From contig NC_043009.1 of assembly GCF_006345805.1 (NCBI RefSeq), forward strand, positions 68,758,001 to 68,822,000: 64,000 bases of DNA, read 5' to 3'. This document shows positions 39,906 to 53,188 of the stretch, one piece after another; position 1 is the stretch's first letter, and each line of letters begins with the position of its first letter. Under the pieces are notes generated by a model, which saw only the letters and a program-made list of their open reading frames with translations, ran no database searches and was not told the origin of the DNA. This stretch comes from Octopus sinensis. Its lineage: Eukaryota. The translations under genes and the position numbers were made by a program.

Positions 39906-39985
<80 letters not shown>
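39829..39985. repeat. (GATA)n tract
   Basis: Direct reading. Confidence 0.95.
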
Positions 39986-39986
<1 letters not shown>

Positions 39987-40305
39987 TGCAATCCAGGATC
40001 TCTTTACATCCTTTCCAGGCCAGCGCATTGGAGCGGTCGCTTCGGTTCTTAAGTGATAAGTGACCCTAACAACCGAGAAGGGAGTCTTCCGCCATGCTTG
40101 GCTGCAACTCAAATCCTGACAGACTTCTCGTACAAATTCCATTGTCTCTTGAGACAGACATGTATTAATGAAAGAAGAAATGAAAAAATGCGTGTGTGTG
40201 TGTTTGTGTGTCGCAAATCCACCATAACATTAATTCTTAATCCAATAATTCCATTAAACCATTAAATTTCTGATGAACCGACGCTAATACACACGCACAC
40301 ACTAT

Positions 40306-40462
40306 CGTAGCTAGAGCGGGGCGGTAGGGGCGGTCCGCCACGGGCGGCACTTTTAAAGGGGCACCAGTTTGGGGTCTGCTGTAGGCAATATGTGTTTTTT
40401 GCGGGGTTTCTTGGGTAACAAACGGAAGGACACACACTCGGGCAGCACACACTCTAGCTACG
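40306..40462. mobile_element. GC-rich MITE
   Basis: TIRs cgtagctagag (40306-40316) / ctctagctacg (40452-40462). Confidence 0.6.
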
Positions 40463-40543
40463 TTGGTGAACGCACACATATTTATATACACACATGCATA
40501 AATGTATATATGTGTGTATGTGTGTACATAGAAATATAATTCA

Positions 40544-40782
40544 AAGGCGGCGAGGAGCTGGCAGAAGCGTTAGCACGCCGGGCGAAGTGCTCAGCGGTAT
40601 TTCCTCTGCCGTTACGTTCTGAGTTCAAATTCCGCCGAGATCGACTTTGCCTTTCATCCTTTCGGGGTCGATAAATTAAGAACCAGTTACGCACTGGGGT
40701 CGATGTAATCGACTTAATCCCTTTGTCTGTCCTTGTTTGCCCCCTCTATGTTTAGTCCCTTGTGGGCAGTAAAGAAATAAGG
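40544..40782 (+). mobile_element. SINE family B monomer with an 11-bp TSD
   Basis: aatataattca at 40533-40543 and 40783-40793. Confidence 0.9.
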
Positions 40783-40902
40783 AATATAATTCACAGATAA
40801 GATTGAAATTATCTGAGTATAGAATACACTTATTAGTGCTCAAGAGATTTAGATTTGAGCGGGTAGAGGAGTAAACTAGACAGGTCAATGTATAAAGTAT
40901 CG

Positions 40903-41263
40903 TGGCACTCCGTCGGTTACGACGAGGAGGGTTCTAGTCGATGCGATCAACGGATCAGCTTGCTCGTGAAATTAACGTGCAAGTGGCTGAGCACTCCACA
41001 GACACGTAGTTCTCGGGGGAGATTCAGTGTGACACAGAGTGTGACAAGGCTGGCCCTTTGAAAACAGAAACACGAAGAAAGATTGAGAGAAAGTTGTGGT
41101 GAAAGAATACAGCAGGAGTTCGCCACCAAACCCTGCCGGAACCTCGTGGAGCTTTTAGGTATTTTCACTCAATAAACACCTACAGCGCCCGGTCTGGGAA
41201 TCGAAACTGCGATCCCACGGCCGCGAGTCCGTTGCCCTAACCATTGGGCCATTGTGCCTCCAC
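40903..41263 (-). mobile_element. SINE family C, full length
   Basis: Reverse complement of 49571-49936. Confidence 0.85.
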
Positions 41264-41339
41264 TTATATAGGTCCCCTTTAACTCCCTCTATCATTTATT
41301 TTCTGTGTAAGTCGGACCCTTTTCTTGCGTCTCTTTAAT

Positions 41340-41553
41340 TTTTTACTCTTTTTTACTTGTTTCAGTAATTTTGACTGCGGCCATGCTGGAGCATCGCCTT
41401 TAAGTCGAACAAATCGACCCCAGGACTTATATCTTTGTAAGCGTAGTACTTATTCTATCGGTCTGTTTTGCCGAACTGCTATAAGCACACCACCATCGGA
41501 TGTCACGCGATAGGGAGGTGGAACAGACACAGACACACAAACATATACGTATA

Positions 41554-41599
<46 letters not shown>

Positions 41600-41738
41600 T
41601 GTAGGTGCAGGAGTGGCTGTGTGGTAAGTACCTTACTTACTAACCACATGGTTCCGGGTTCATTCCCACTGCGTGGCACCTTGGGCAAGTGTCTTCTACT
41701 ATAGCCTCGGGTCAACCAAAGCCTTGTGAGTGGATTTA
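41340..41738. mobile_element. SINE family A halves in opposite orientation (3' half minus, 5' half plus)
   Basis: 41340-41545 (-) and 41603-41738 (+), joined by a (CG)(TG)n tract. Confidence 0.75.
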
Positions 41739-41752
41739 TAAATATATATATG

Positions 41753-41923
41753 TAGCCACTACACACATTTTTTCTCTCCTTGTTTCTTTCTGTGTTCCTT
41801 TCTGTGGAAGAGCGTAGGTTCGAAACGTAAAAGACTTTTTTCAATTCCTGAGCGTTATACTAATACATCTGTTTGTTATTTTACATCACCTGTCTTCGTC
41901 TTTTGTTTTTTTTTCGTGAATTC

Positions 41924-41925
<2 letters not shown>
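41753..41925 (+). mobile_element. PLE-like terminal fragment with a variant hammerhead (41798-41833)
   Basis: Near copy at 52840-53015. Confidence 0.6.
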
Positions 41926-41963
<38 letters not shown>

Positions 41964-42772
41964 CATACACACACACACGACAGGGTTCTTTCAATTTCTG
42001 TCGATAAAATCCATTCCCAAGGCTTTTGTCAACCCGAGGCCACAGTAAAAGACCACGAAGCGGAACTGAACCCATAACCATGTAGTTTGGAAGCAAACTT
42101 CTTATCACACAGCCACACCTACTATTTAAGAAATCTAATCTGAAGCTAGACTACTGCTGTACAACAACCTGAAGAACATATTAGTCTAAACACTCTTATC
42201 CACTGGTGTAACTAGGGTGTTTGCTGCCCGGGACAACGCTTGAATTTCCCGCTCCTTCTCGGGTCCCCCGGAGTGGGGTAGCTTATGCTGGCTTATGCAG
42301 CAGAACTAAAAGTTCCTCCTCCGCTCCCACCTAGCAATTGCATCATGTGACCTGCTGCTATCATGTGACCAGGAACCGGAAGGAAACAAAGAAAATCTCG
42401 AGTTTCTATTACTTTGTATAAATATTTGGTATCTGTGTATATGTGTTTATGTGTGTGAGTGTTTGTACGTGTGTGTGCGTGTGTGTGTGTGTATATGTGT
42501 GTATGTGTGGTGTGTGTATGAGGGGGATATGTGTAGTGTGTGTATGTGTGAATGTATTGTGTGTGTACTATGGTATGTGTACATGTATGTGCAATATGGT
42601 GTGTGTATATATATGTGTGTGTATGTGCGTGTATGTGTGTGTGAGTGTGTGGTGTGTGTGCGTGATATGACTGCGGTGTATGTGTATATGTATGGCTATG
42701 TGTGGTGTGTACGCGTGTGTTTTCGCGTGTGTGATGTGTTTGCGCGTGCGTGATGTGTTTGTGTGTGCGTGT

Positions 42773-42826
<54 letters not shown>

Positions 42827-43320
42827 GTGCGTGCGTGCGTGTGGTGTGTAAACGGGTATTAAAACTGTTGATAAACAGCTGATTGAAACAGGGAAATGGA
42901 GAATTTCCAGTTTTTTCCAAAAAGATAAAAGAAATAAAAATTAAGTGAAACACAAAGAAACCGCTAAGTCAATTTCTGTTTTGTCTGATTGATTGGTCGT
43001 GTAAGGCACAGCGCCAGAAACTGTATTTAGGAAAGAACAATAAGGATTATGTGATGTTCATGCCTTTTCCCTCAATAATGACGAATGCAATGGTGGATGT
43101 TTCTATCTGTTTGCAATAGAAACCTTAGAGTATCACATACAATACTTTGTTGTTTTAGTTATTGTAGTTGTTGTTATCGTTGTCGTTGTTTTGCTGTTAT
43201 TGTTGTTGTTGTTGTTGTTATTGTTTAGCCCTAGGCTAGCTCTGACCGAGCTATCCTCTAATGAAAGGTATTTAGGTTGTGATTATCAGAGCTTTTATTC
43301 ATTGTTCCTAAAACTACATT

Positions 43321-43494
43321 CAGGGCCGCCTTAACAGCATTATAGGCCCCTCGATAAATCAATGCACTTGGCCTTATGGTATTTTATTTTTTTGTTAACA
43401 GCAAGCCATAGCATACACAGATCAGAATTGAGCCCCTAGACCCGTGAGGACCCCAGCCAACTGCCCAGAATGCCCATGCCTTGAGGCGGCAACG
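43321..43494. mobile_element. Small MITE
   Basis: Imperfect TIRs cagggccgccttaa / ttgaggcggcaacg. Confidence 0.45.
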
Positions 43495-44316
43495 ACTACA
43501 CTACTTTGTGTGTTTTCCCCCATTTAAGACGGCTGGATGTTATTGGAAGCAGATTTGCTTGCAATTTCGAAATGCTCGAGTGAGCTCAGAGGGGTTCCAT
43601 CGTTGGCTGTTATTCGATTTGATATTCCTATAAACCATTCTAAAAGTGAAGAGAACTGTAAAGGTAGAAGAAAATGCCACAAGATCGCAAACATTACTCG
43701 TACGGAGTTTCTTTTACTGCTGCTCTTCATAACAGTCTGTATTTTCCTTTCTTATAAAGAATGGTGTCTTTTGACAAGGAATGGTCGCACTACATTTTCA
43801 GGAGAAGAGAAAATACGAAGAAATTTATATACCTACGGACTGGGGCACACCAAAACCCAAAGGACTTTTTGCTTAGTAAATAGGATAATATTGAAGCCAA
43901 ACGTTGTTAACGTACAAACCGATAATTTAGTAATAAAACTCGCTGCCAAGAACGCGTTATATATACAAATTAGTCTATCCTAATTAATTAGGCCCCGAGT
44001 GAGAGTGACTTTATTGGCGGGGGTCTCCGTTAGCAGTTAAAGAATGTACTCAGTTTATCACGAAATTCCAACGCGCCATAATTAAATAATTAGTCCGGTG
44101 GATCCTATAGATTCTTTTTTCTGTCCGCGAAGATAATATATACAAAACTTTGGTGTTTACATCTGTCTATACAAGCAGCATTGACCAAAGATCTATATAT
44201 GTATTTTAGTACAGTAGGCAAAATTGAAACCAAGTGCTGTTAACTCGCCATATATTCTTGCATTGCTCTTTCATCAGACTGAGTGTGTTTTAGTGTTTAT
44301 AACTGTCCATCTAAAT

Positions 44317-44634
44317 CAGGGGGTCTTAACCATGGATATCTTTGATTACTAATTTATTCTGGTGATTTCCTATAACCATTAGATGTTTATAAACTAGTTT
44401 TATAGATACTTCTTCCGAAAGTATTTTTTTTTATTCACACCCAGGTTGAACTACGGAAAACGTAAAGAGAAAGAAATTTTGCTATTTCTTGCAATAAATA
44501 CATCTTAATCGAACCTTTTTCTTGGATGTTTATTATACTACTGTTAATCCCCAAATTATTTTTTTGCTTGCGTGGACCCCTAAAAATCTTATATGGACCC
44601 CTTGGAGTCAAATGGACCGCGATTGAGACCACTG
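44317..44634. mobile_element. hAT/Charlie-like MITE
   Basis: Imperfect TIRs cagggggtcttaac / attgagaccactg. Confidence 0.55.
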
Positions 44635-45399
44635 TTTTAAGAATTCAAACTTGAACAAGGAGACCTTTGATCAAAGATGCTCTACCAATAAACATCCCAC
44701 TTTTTAGTGTTGCAAACATTATCTGATGTATCTTTCTCGTCTCTTAAAAAAAGATGTTAGCGAATGAGTTTCGAAGGGTTGGCTGCTATTCTTAGCAGGT
44801 CGTGTGGTTACGTAGGAATTCTCTTATTGGCTCGTTTTAATCGTTGTTGTCGGTTATGGCTGTCGTTCGATGTTGATATCATTGCTATTATTGATTTTGT
44901 TTGCCGTCATCAATGGTGTATCGTATCGTCGGTGTTCATAAAAATACCACAAGTATTATTATTTTTAATGTTGAAGTTGCTACCGTATGTATTTTTTTCT
45001 CTCTCTCCGATATTAACTACAGTATCAACTAAACAATACAGTTATTTTATGGAAACGGAAGTGTTCGTGTCTAGCTTTCAAATGAATTATTTTTGTATGA
45101 TAGCTGGATTCAAGTCAAACTGTTACCATATCAATTAACATTGTTCATTGTTGCTTCCAGTTTTGCGCACTCACATATCCTCCGATCTGATTATATATTC
45201 CACCATTATCTGCCAACAAAGAAGTAAGATGTGGGCGCTCAACCTGCTAGAAGTAGCAATCAAATCGCTCTGAAAGCTCAGACAACCGTCTTTAAAAAGA
45301 AGATATGATCTTCATTGCAACAATCTTGATCATAGAAATCTTTGGGCACGGTTGACTTGAGAATAAAACAACAAACACTAGTTTCTTTTGTTTGACCTT

Positions 45400-45700
45400 A
45401 TATGCTGTTGTCAAGCTTCAGTAATACGAACAATGATGCGACATCTATCGCACTGTGACTAAGTCCACCTTGACAGTTCCTGCTGTGGTTTCCTCCGTAA
45501 TTTATAATCTGCGGGTGTACAAAGATAGATTGAAGAGCAGAGGACTCAGTGTGACACTTCAGGCTATCACACTGCATTCTATACGGTTTATCACTGCCTG
45601 TCGGAGTTGTAGATAATCATCACCGATTGTGTGTCGTACGATTCCTTGATCGTGGCTACACAACAACAGCAACATCCAAAGATGGAGCCTGTAGTTAATC
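45400..45700 (-). pseudogene. Highly decayed non-LTR RT fragment
   Basis: The minus strand reads TLSPLLFNL at 45526-45549 (RT SPLLF motif); the surrounding frame is broken. Confidence 0.35.
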
Positions 45701-46846
45701 CCTTGACTTCCAAGAAACTACAATTAAATTCCATGCAAACAACAGTCTGTCGTCTTAGAAATAAGTAAGACAACTAAGATTACGTAGTCCTGGGTAAACC
45801 ATCTGACTATTAAATGGGATGGTTGCGGCTGGCACACTTTTGAACGTAAGCCTGCTTGAGCAAGAGTTGATCTAGATCTAAACAGCAAAAATGGCAAGAT
45901 ACATCGTTAAAACCATTGTTCAAGCATGAACGTAATACGACTTTATTTCTTATTTACCACATATATCTCAAATTCGGAGTCTAATTAGCAATTCACGTTA
46001 TGTACATGCGTATACACGTTCATAAAATAGCATGAAGATATTTTTATAAAATATTTATGGATTGAAGAAAAAACTAGGACAAACGAATCTGATGTCATGA
46101 TTTAAATAATTAAAAAAAGAGTTAGATAAGGTTTCACTAAAAAATCTGATAACTATGAGACATTGAACAATTTCCAGAGTAAAAGAGAAAAGAAAACATT
46201 TCGAGTGTGACACTTTGCGAAAGAAATTGTATTAAATGATTCCCAATAAGTGTAATATCACGTGATGGAAATATGAACAAAACAGACGACATATTAAGCC
46301 TTCCTTCTAAAAAGTGTTATCTGCATGGAAATTTGTTTTAAGTCATCCGTATTTCTTTTTTTTTTAATTATTCCGATAAGTCTTGGAATATGAGATGTGG
46401 CTCGAAACCTGAAACCTAAAAAAAGGAATCTTTTCTTTTTCAGCTTGTATTACAAATCTAAGATGTCAACCAAATATATTTTTTCTCAATCTATTTTATT
46501 AATTTTCGTTTTAAATCGAGCGTTGATTATCTGAATTAAGAAATTGCTGCTTATAAAACCGCAGATGTGGGAGATGTTTCGATATATATATATATGTTTA
46601 TATTTATATTCATCTATTCATATTTATCAAAAAATGTCTATTTATTTCCTGAATAAATTGAAACAGGTGTGTATGCGAACACATAATTTGAATTATTAAA
46701 CACGAAATATTCATCAAAGAGTATAATTTTTTTCCCTATCTACATGTTATAATTATTTACGAATAGAATGCCAAGATACGTTTTTCGTTTGTTTTCATAT
46801 CGATTTTTTGTTTTTCTATCGTCTTTATTTTATACTCTCTCTCTCT

Positions 46847-46887
<41 letters not shown>

Positions 46888-47307
46888 ATTTCAAGCAATA
46901 ACAGAAATAAATGAGTCCTTCTGACACAAGGTTACAAATTTTTAAAGGTGAGGTCGACGTCTGAATCAATTACACATTTTATATTGGCATATATTTCATA
47001 CCTCCAAAGCGATTCACAAACATATAAGGGCCTAACTCGATATTGATTTCTAACAAAGCTATAGATTTTGTTGTGGGGGTGGAGAAACTGTCTTGGTGTT
47101 GATCTATTGTAATTCATCTGAGATCGCTTAACACTTCTATTAGAAGGAAACACTCAGGGTGGCTTGAAATTAAAACCCCTGCTTCTGTAACAGGCACCGA
47201 ATCACACGGTTCTTAACGTCTCTAAACAATGTTCCTTATCATTATTTTAGGGTCCAAACAAGAAAACGTCGATGATCAAAAGAGTTTTTTAAATTTCGTT
47301 TTCAACC

Positions 47308-47697
47308 AGGCGCAGGAGTGGCTGTGTGGTAAGTAGCTTGCTTACCAACCAATGGTTCCGGGTTCAGTCCCACTGCGTGGCACCTTGGGCAAGTGTCTTC
47401 TACTAAAGCCTCGGGCCGACCAATACCTTGTGAGTGGATTTGGTAGACGGAAACTGAAAGAAGCCTGTCGTACATATGTATATATGCATGTGTGTTTGTG
47501 CGTCTGTGTTTGTTCCCCTAACATCGCTTGACAACCGGTGCTGGTGTGTTTACGTCCCCGTAACTTAGCGTCCCCGATAGAATAAGTACTACGCTTACAA
47601 AGAATAAGTCCTGAGGTCTATTTTCTCGACTAAAGGCGGTGCTCCAGCATGGTCGCACTCAAATGACTAAAACAAGTAAAAGAGAGCAAAAAGAGTA
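47308..47697 (+). mobile_element. SINE family A, full length
   Basis: ggcgcaggagtggctgtgtggtaag...gaaacaagtaaaagag. Confidence 0.9.
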
Positions 47698-47719
47698 ACC
47701 AGTTGAATCCTGGCACAGA

Positions 47720-48100
47720 AAAAAGTATTTTGTGAGACAATCTTTCTATCTTTCTAAGTCTTGGAAATGTTTAGACGATGCCCCTGGTCACCCTCCTGTT
47801 ACTATTGGACACGGCTTTCACAGCTCTTACACTGAAAGATTTTTGAAGAATCTTCATGCTAAACAACGAAGGAAAATGTAACACCACAGGCAAAATTCTG
47901 AAAAACAAATTGCAATTTAATATGAGAAACTCGGTTAAAAATATTCATGAGCCATCGGAAAGTAGTGAGAGACACTAAGCGACATGAAAGCCCCTTGAAA
48001 CCTATTCAATTTATGCTGTACTAACGTTTTCGCTGATTTTCTGCACCAAGAACAAATTATTGAAGGACTGGCTAACACTGGAAGAGATTTTGATACAGAT
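47720..48100 (+). pseudogene. Decayed Tigger/pogo DDE transposase fragment
   Basis: LDDAPGHP at 47771-47794 matches the pogo/Tigger LDNAPGHP motif; frameshifts and stops follow. Confidence 0.5.
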
Positions 48101-48312
48101 GAAATAAACGGTACCGGATATTTGTAAATTTTCCTGAATCACATGGAAAAAAAATTAATCGGTCACAACTTTATTAGTTCGGATCGATATCGAACTTACG
48201 AAGAATTGAATGATCAAGACGTCAATTAAAATGAAATGTCTGTCAAGTTTTGTTGCATTATTAATGAGCTGTTGAACAGTGAACTCACTGATTCATTTTG
48301 CTTATTATTATT

Positions 48313-48385
<73 letters not shown>

Positions 48386-48418
48386 TATTATTATATTATT
48401 ATTATTATTATTATTATT

Positions 48419-48643
48419 GAGGCGGCGAGCCGGCAGAATCTTTTGCACGCCGGACAAAACGCTTAGCGGCATTTCGTCCGTCTTTACGTTCTGAGTTCAA
48501 ATTTCGCCGAGGTCGACTTTGTCTTTCATCCTTTCGGGATCGATAAATTAAGTACCAGCTGAGTACTAGGATCGATGTAATCGACTTAACCCCCACCTCC
48601 CCAAAAATTTCAGGCCTTGTGCATTTAACAGAAATTATTATTA

Positions 48644-48726
<83 letters not shown>

Positions 48727-49066
48727 GAAGGCGGTGAGTTGGCAGAATTATTAGCACGCCAGGCAAAATGCTTCGCGGCATTTCGTCCGTCTTAACGTTC
48801 TGAGTTCAAATTCCGCCGAGGTTGACTTAGCTGTTCATCCCTTCGGAGTCAATAAAATAAGTACCAGTTGAATACTGGGGGGGGGGTAATGTAATCGACT
48901 TACCCCGTCCCCGAAACTGCTTGTCTTGAGCTTAAATTTGAACCTTTTAAGGTGGTGAACTGGTAGAACCGTGAGCATGCCGGACAAAAATGCTTAGCAG
49001 CATTTCGTCCGTCTCTACGCTCTCAGCTCAAATTCTGTCGGAGTCGATTTTGCTTTTCATCGTTTC
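48419..49066 (+). mobile_element. Three consecutive SINE family B units separated by an (ATT)n tract
   Basis: Heads at ~48419, ~48727 and ~48949. Confidence 0.85.
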
Positions 49067-49487
49067 CCAACTGAACTCTTCTGCTGTAGTCTCAGGATAA
49101 CCAAAACCTTGCATGTGAGGTTTGTAGATGGAAACTAAGAGAAGCCTGTCGTGTGTGTGTGTGTGTGTGTGTGTGTACGTGCGCGTGTGCGTACGTGTGT
49201 GCGTACGTGTGTGCGTGTCTTTGTGTTTGTCCCCATCAATGCTTGATAACTGGGGGTCGGTTTGTTTGCATCCCTTAACGTAGCTGTCCGGTAAGAGTGA
49301 CCGTTAGAATGGGTACCAGTATTTTACAAAAATATGTGCTGGTGTTGAGTAGTTCGACTAAAACCCCCCGTTATTCTATCGTTGCCTTTTGCCGAAGCGC
49401 TAAGTTACGGGGGACATACACAAACCAGCACCGGTTGTCTCACATACACACATACACACACATACACTCACATATATATATATATAT

Positions 49488-49563
<76 letters not shown>

Positions 49564-49570
49564 GATGTGT

Positions 49571-49936
49571 GTGGAGGTGCAATGGCCCAGTGGTTAGGGC
49601 AGCGGACTCGCGGTTACAAGATCGCGGTTTCGATTCCCGGGCGTTGTAAGTGTTTATTGAGTGAAAACACCTAAATCCCCACGATGCTCCGGCAGGGGGT
49701 TGTGGTGTACTCTCTCACCACAACTTTCTCTCATTCTTTCTTCCTGTTTCTGATGTACCTGTATTTCAAATGGCCATCCTTGTCACAGTCTGTGTCACGC
49801 TGAATCTCCCCGAGAACTACGTTAAGGGTATAGGTGTCTGTGGAGTGCTCAGCCACTTACACGTTAATTTCACGAGCATGCTATTCCGTTGATCGGATCA
49901 GCTGGAACCCTTGTCGTCGCAACCGACGAAGTACCA
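49571..49936 (+). mobile_element. SINE family C, full length (tRNA-like head)
   Basis: A-box tggcccagtgg, B-box ggtttcgattcc; same tail as 4162-4486. Confidence 0.85.
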
Positions 49937-50430
49937 CGATAGATGTGTGCGTATGTATGTATGTATGTATGTACGACAGGCTTCTTTCAGTTTCCATCTA
50001 CCAAATCTACTCACAAGATTATTGTTGACCCGAGGCTGTAGTAGAAGACATTTGCTTCGTGTTCCATGCAGTGAGACTGAACCCGGGACCATATGGTTGG
50101 GAACCAACCACACAGTCACGCCTGCGCATGCGTGTCTTTAGTGATCGAAATGCCTCCAAATAGATAACGGAAACCCTTAAAACCATTTAAAAATCAAACG
50201 TTAAGGGTGTTTGTCGCGCTTCACCCTGGTTAATCTGACCAAAGATAGAGACATTCCAGTAATGACCATCTCCTCATTCATGATGCACATACGACAATGT
50301 CTTTTATATAAGTCTTCGCCGTTGTTTATCCCCAAATCGGCGCTGATGAAGCAGACTTTTGATAAAAAGAGTTCCTACAGTGACCATCACATATTTTCAC
50401 TGCATTTATGATTACCTTATTTATGATGGT

Positions 50431-50725
50431 GTGAAGGTGCGTGGCTTAGGGTGTTGCACTCACGATTTCTAGAACGCGCGTTCGATCCCTGGTCCGGGCA
50501 GCGCGTTGTGTTCTTGAGCGAAACACCTCATTTCGCGTTGCCCCAGTCCACTCGGCTGATAATGGGTCACCATGCAACTGGACAAGCTACCGATCGGGGT
50601 GGGGGAGGGGCATGGTGGCCTGCAGACCTAGGCAGTAGGATGGTGTCATTCGAAGGCTAAAACAATGCGAAGCGCATTGTGATCAGCGTTGTATAGCAGC
50701 ACTCCATAGTCTGGTCAATACTGTG
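50431..50725 (+). mobile_element. SINE with family-C-type head and core but a different tail (family D)
   Basis: The tail matches 29035-29135, not the family C tail. Confidence 0.65.
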
Positions 50726-51591
50726 ATACTCCGACTTATGACGGTAGGATACGATATTAGAGGGAGATCGGTCTACTCTTTCCAGAGGCTTCTTCCCCGG
50801 TTTATCATTCAGTGTTTATATCGATCAATTTGAGCGTCAGCTTCCTCATTGGCTCAGTCGAGTATACATGGTTGATATGGAGAATTAAGAGACGAAACAC
50901 GCGATATTGTAGTGCATACAACATAGAAGTTTTGCTGATCTGAGATCAAACTCACTCAAACAAACGAACAAAGACGAAGAGACAAGAAGAGAAGAAAAAA
51001 AATATCTAGTTTTGAAAAAAAAATTTTTGTGCAATTTCATTTCTATCTATTTAATTTTTTTTTTCCATGCAGAATTTTGGTAGGATTTTTTTCTTTCGTT
51101 TTCTTTTTTCGTATTGCCAAGCCAGGTTTTCTTTCATTAAAAGTAATAAAATAAAACTTATGTATTATCGTATGTAGTTTTCTTTTCGCATTACTTCTAG
51201 AGTACTCGATTTCTATGGCGTCTGAGAAACCTATTATGTCACACAGTCAAAAGTCTGATGTCAACAAAAAAAGGAAACAAGGCAAAGTCGCGTTTCTATT
51301 CTATTGCATCTCTAACAACATTCGATCTTCGAAAGAAAAGGCTTTTTTGCTTTTCAGTCGACTTCCGACATGATTAAAAAGTATCAAATGTCTGTGTGTG
51401 TGCATGCGAGTGAGTGTGTGCCTATATGCATTTGCATATATGTGTGCCTGTGTATACATATGTATGTATGTATATATATATATAAATATGTGTGTGTGCG
51501 TGTGTGTATATGAGTGTATACTTATATATACATACATATACACACACACGCACACGAGCCCCCACACACGTATGTGTGTGTATGTGTGTGT

Positions 51592-51679
<88 letters not shown>

Positions 51680-51800
51680 GCAAAGCAAAACTAAAACCAG
51701 AATAAAAGCACAAACAACGAAAGTGAAAGGGACGTATACAATTGGTGCATTAGGTTGGCGCTCAGTTTAAGATATAGGAAGAAAGATATAGGAAGAAGGT

Positions 51801-51827
51801 GACGTTTCGAGCGCAGCTCTTCGTTAG
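51801..51827 (-). ncRNA. Degenerate hammerhead motif
   Basis: Minus strand CUAACGA-A-GAGC(ugc)GCUC-GAAAC-GUC; G5A core change and stem I does not pair. Confidence 0.4.
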
Positions 51828-52839
51828 AAAGGGGAAAGAGCCGCACAGAAGCAAAAGAATAACCCGAAGAAAGCATCTGTGTGGTTACATGGCCGGAAGT
51901 GGTTTTTGAAGGCAGGAGAGTGCGAAAATGGTCAGTGTGTGTTTGTGTGTAGTAGTAGTATCGTTGTGTCTGTGTCTATGCGAGTGATGTATGTGTCAAG
52001 GAGTAGTGTTGACAGGTTAGTAGCAGTAATTAGATTTGTAGGTGAGAGGCAAGGTGACATACATACGTATACACACAGCATTAGCGTTGCTGTGTGTATA
52101 CGTATGCGTTTGTGTGTGCACGCATGAGTATGTGTGAGTGCGTGTGTATGAGGGTTTGTGCATATATATGTGTGTGTATCGCCGTGAGCAGGGAGTAATC
52201 TTCTCGCTTCGCTCCTTTGCACCACATGGACTCAACTCCCCTCCCCTCGCCTCTCTCCCCCTCACACCTACATCCTCTCACCCACCTCTCCTCTCTTGCT
52301 CCGACTCCTACTTCTCTTAACTCCGACTCTCCTCTCTTCTCTTCACTCCTACCCACCTTCTCCTTCCCCCTTCATCGTCACCTCTCCTTCGTAACCCCAT
52401 CCCACCCCTCTACATTCCAACCCCACCTTCCCTATCCTTCCCATCCCACCCTACACCATCCCTTACACCCCCTCCCTCATACCCCACCTCTACCCCCACC
52501 CTCATCCTAACCCACACCACACCCTTGTTTTCCCCACTCTCGCCTCCCCCACCTTTCAACACCATCACACCACCCCACACACCACCATACCACACAACAC
52601 ATCACACCACACCACTACGCACACACTAGCACTGACTACTTCCCAACCCCACATTTTGATACCTACACATGCACACACGCACACGTCAAGGTCACCAGCC
52701 CTCTTCCACACGCACATACATACTCTTTTATAAACACGCACGTGGACCTTCGTTTTGGAATCACCACTACTTTATTATCTCCCCTTCTGCCTAGGTCTCT
52801 TGCGTGACCTTCTGTCCGGCATCTGCCATGATAGATCGC

Positions 52840-53015
52840 TAGCCACTACACATTCTTTATTTTCTCTCCTTGTTTTTTTTCTGTGTTTCTTTCTGTGGAA
52901 GAGCGTAGGCTCGAAACGTTAAAGACTTTTTCACTTCCCGAGCGTTATACTAATGCATCTGTTTGTTGTCTACACCACCTGTCTTCGTCTTTTGTTTTTT
53001 CTTTTGTGAATTCTC
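52840..53015 (+). mobile_element. PLE-like terminal fragment with a variant hammerhead (52889-52924)
   Basis: CUUU-CUGUGGA-A-GAGC(guag)GCUC-GAAAC-GUU-AAAG. Confidence 0.6.
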
Positions 53016-53142
53016 CTACACACACACCACACACACACACACACATATATATATATAATATATATATTATATATATATATATATATGTATGTATATGTAT
53101 GTATATGAATATAATATATGTATATATATATGTATATAATAA

Positions 53143-53188
<46 letters not shown>

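Noticed and set aside
39460-40140. Strong-looking acceptors (ttgacag at ~39462, tttccag at ~40018) and short open frames
   Set aside because: Donors are weak or all frames close quickly; could be UTR exons but cannot be supported.
40318-40350. GC-box promoter
   Set aside because: It lies inside a TIR-bounded MITE (40306-40462).
43526-43983. ORFs 43537-43983 (+) and 43524-43730 (-); possible terminal exon after a pyrimidine tract
   Set aside because: No recognisable homology and no way to choose the frame or strand.
49571-49645. tRNA gene
   Set aside because: A and B boxes are present, but no full cloverleaf forms and it continues into a SINE body. The same holds for the other SINE heads.
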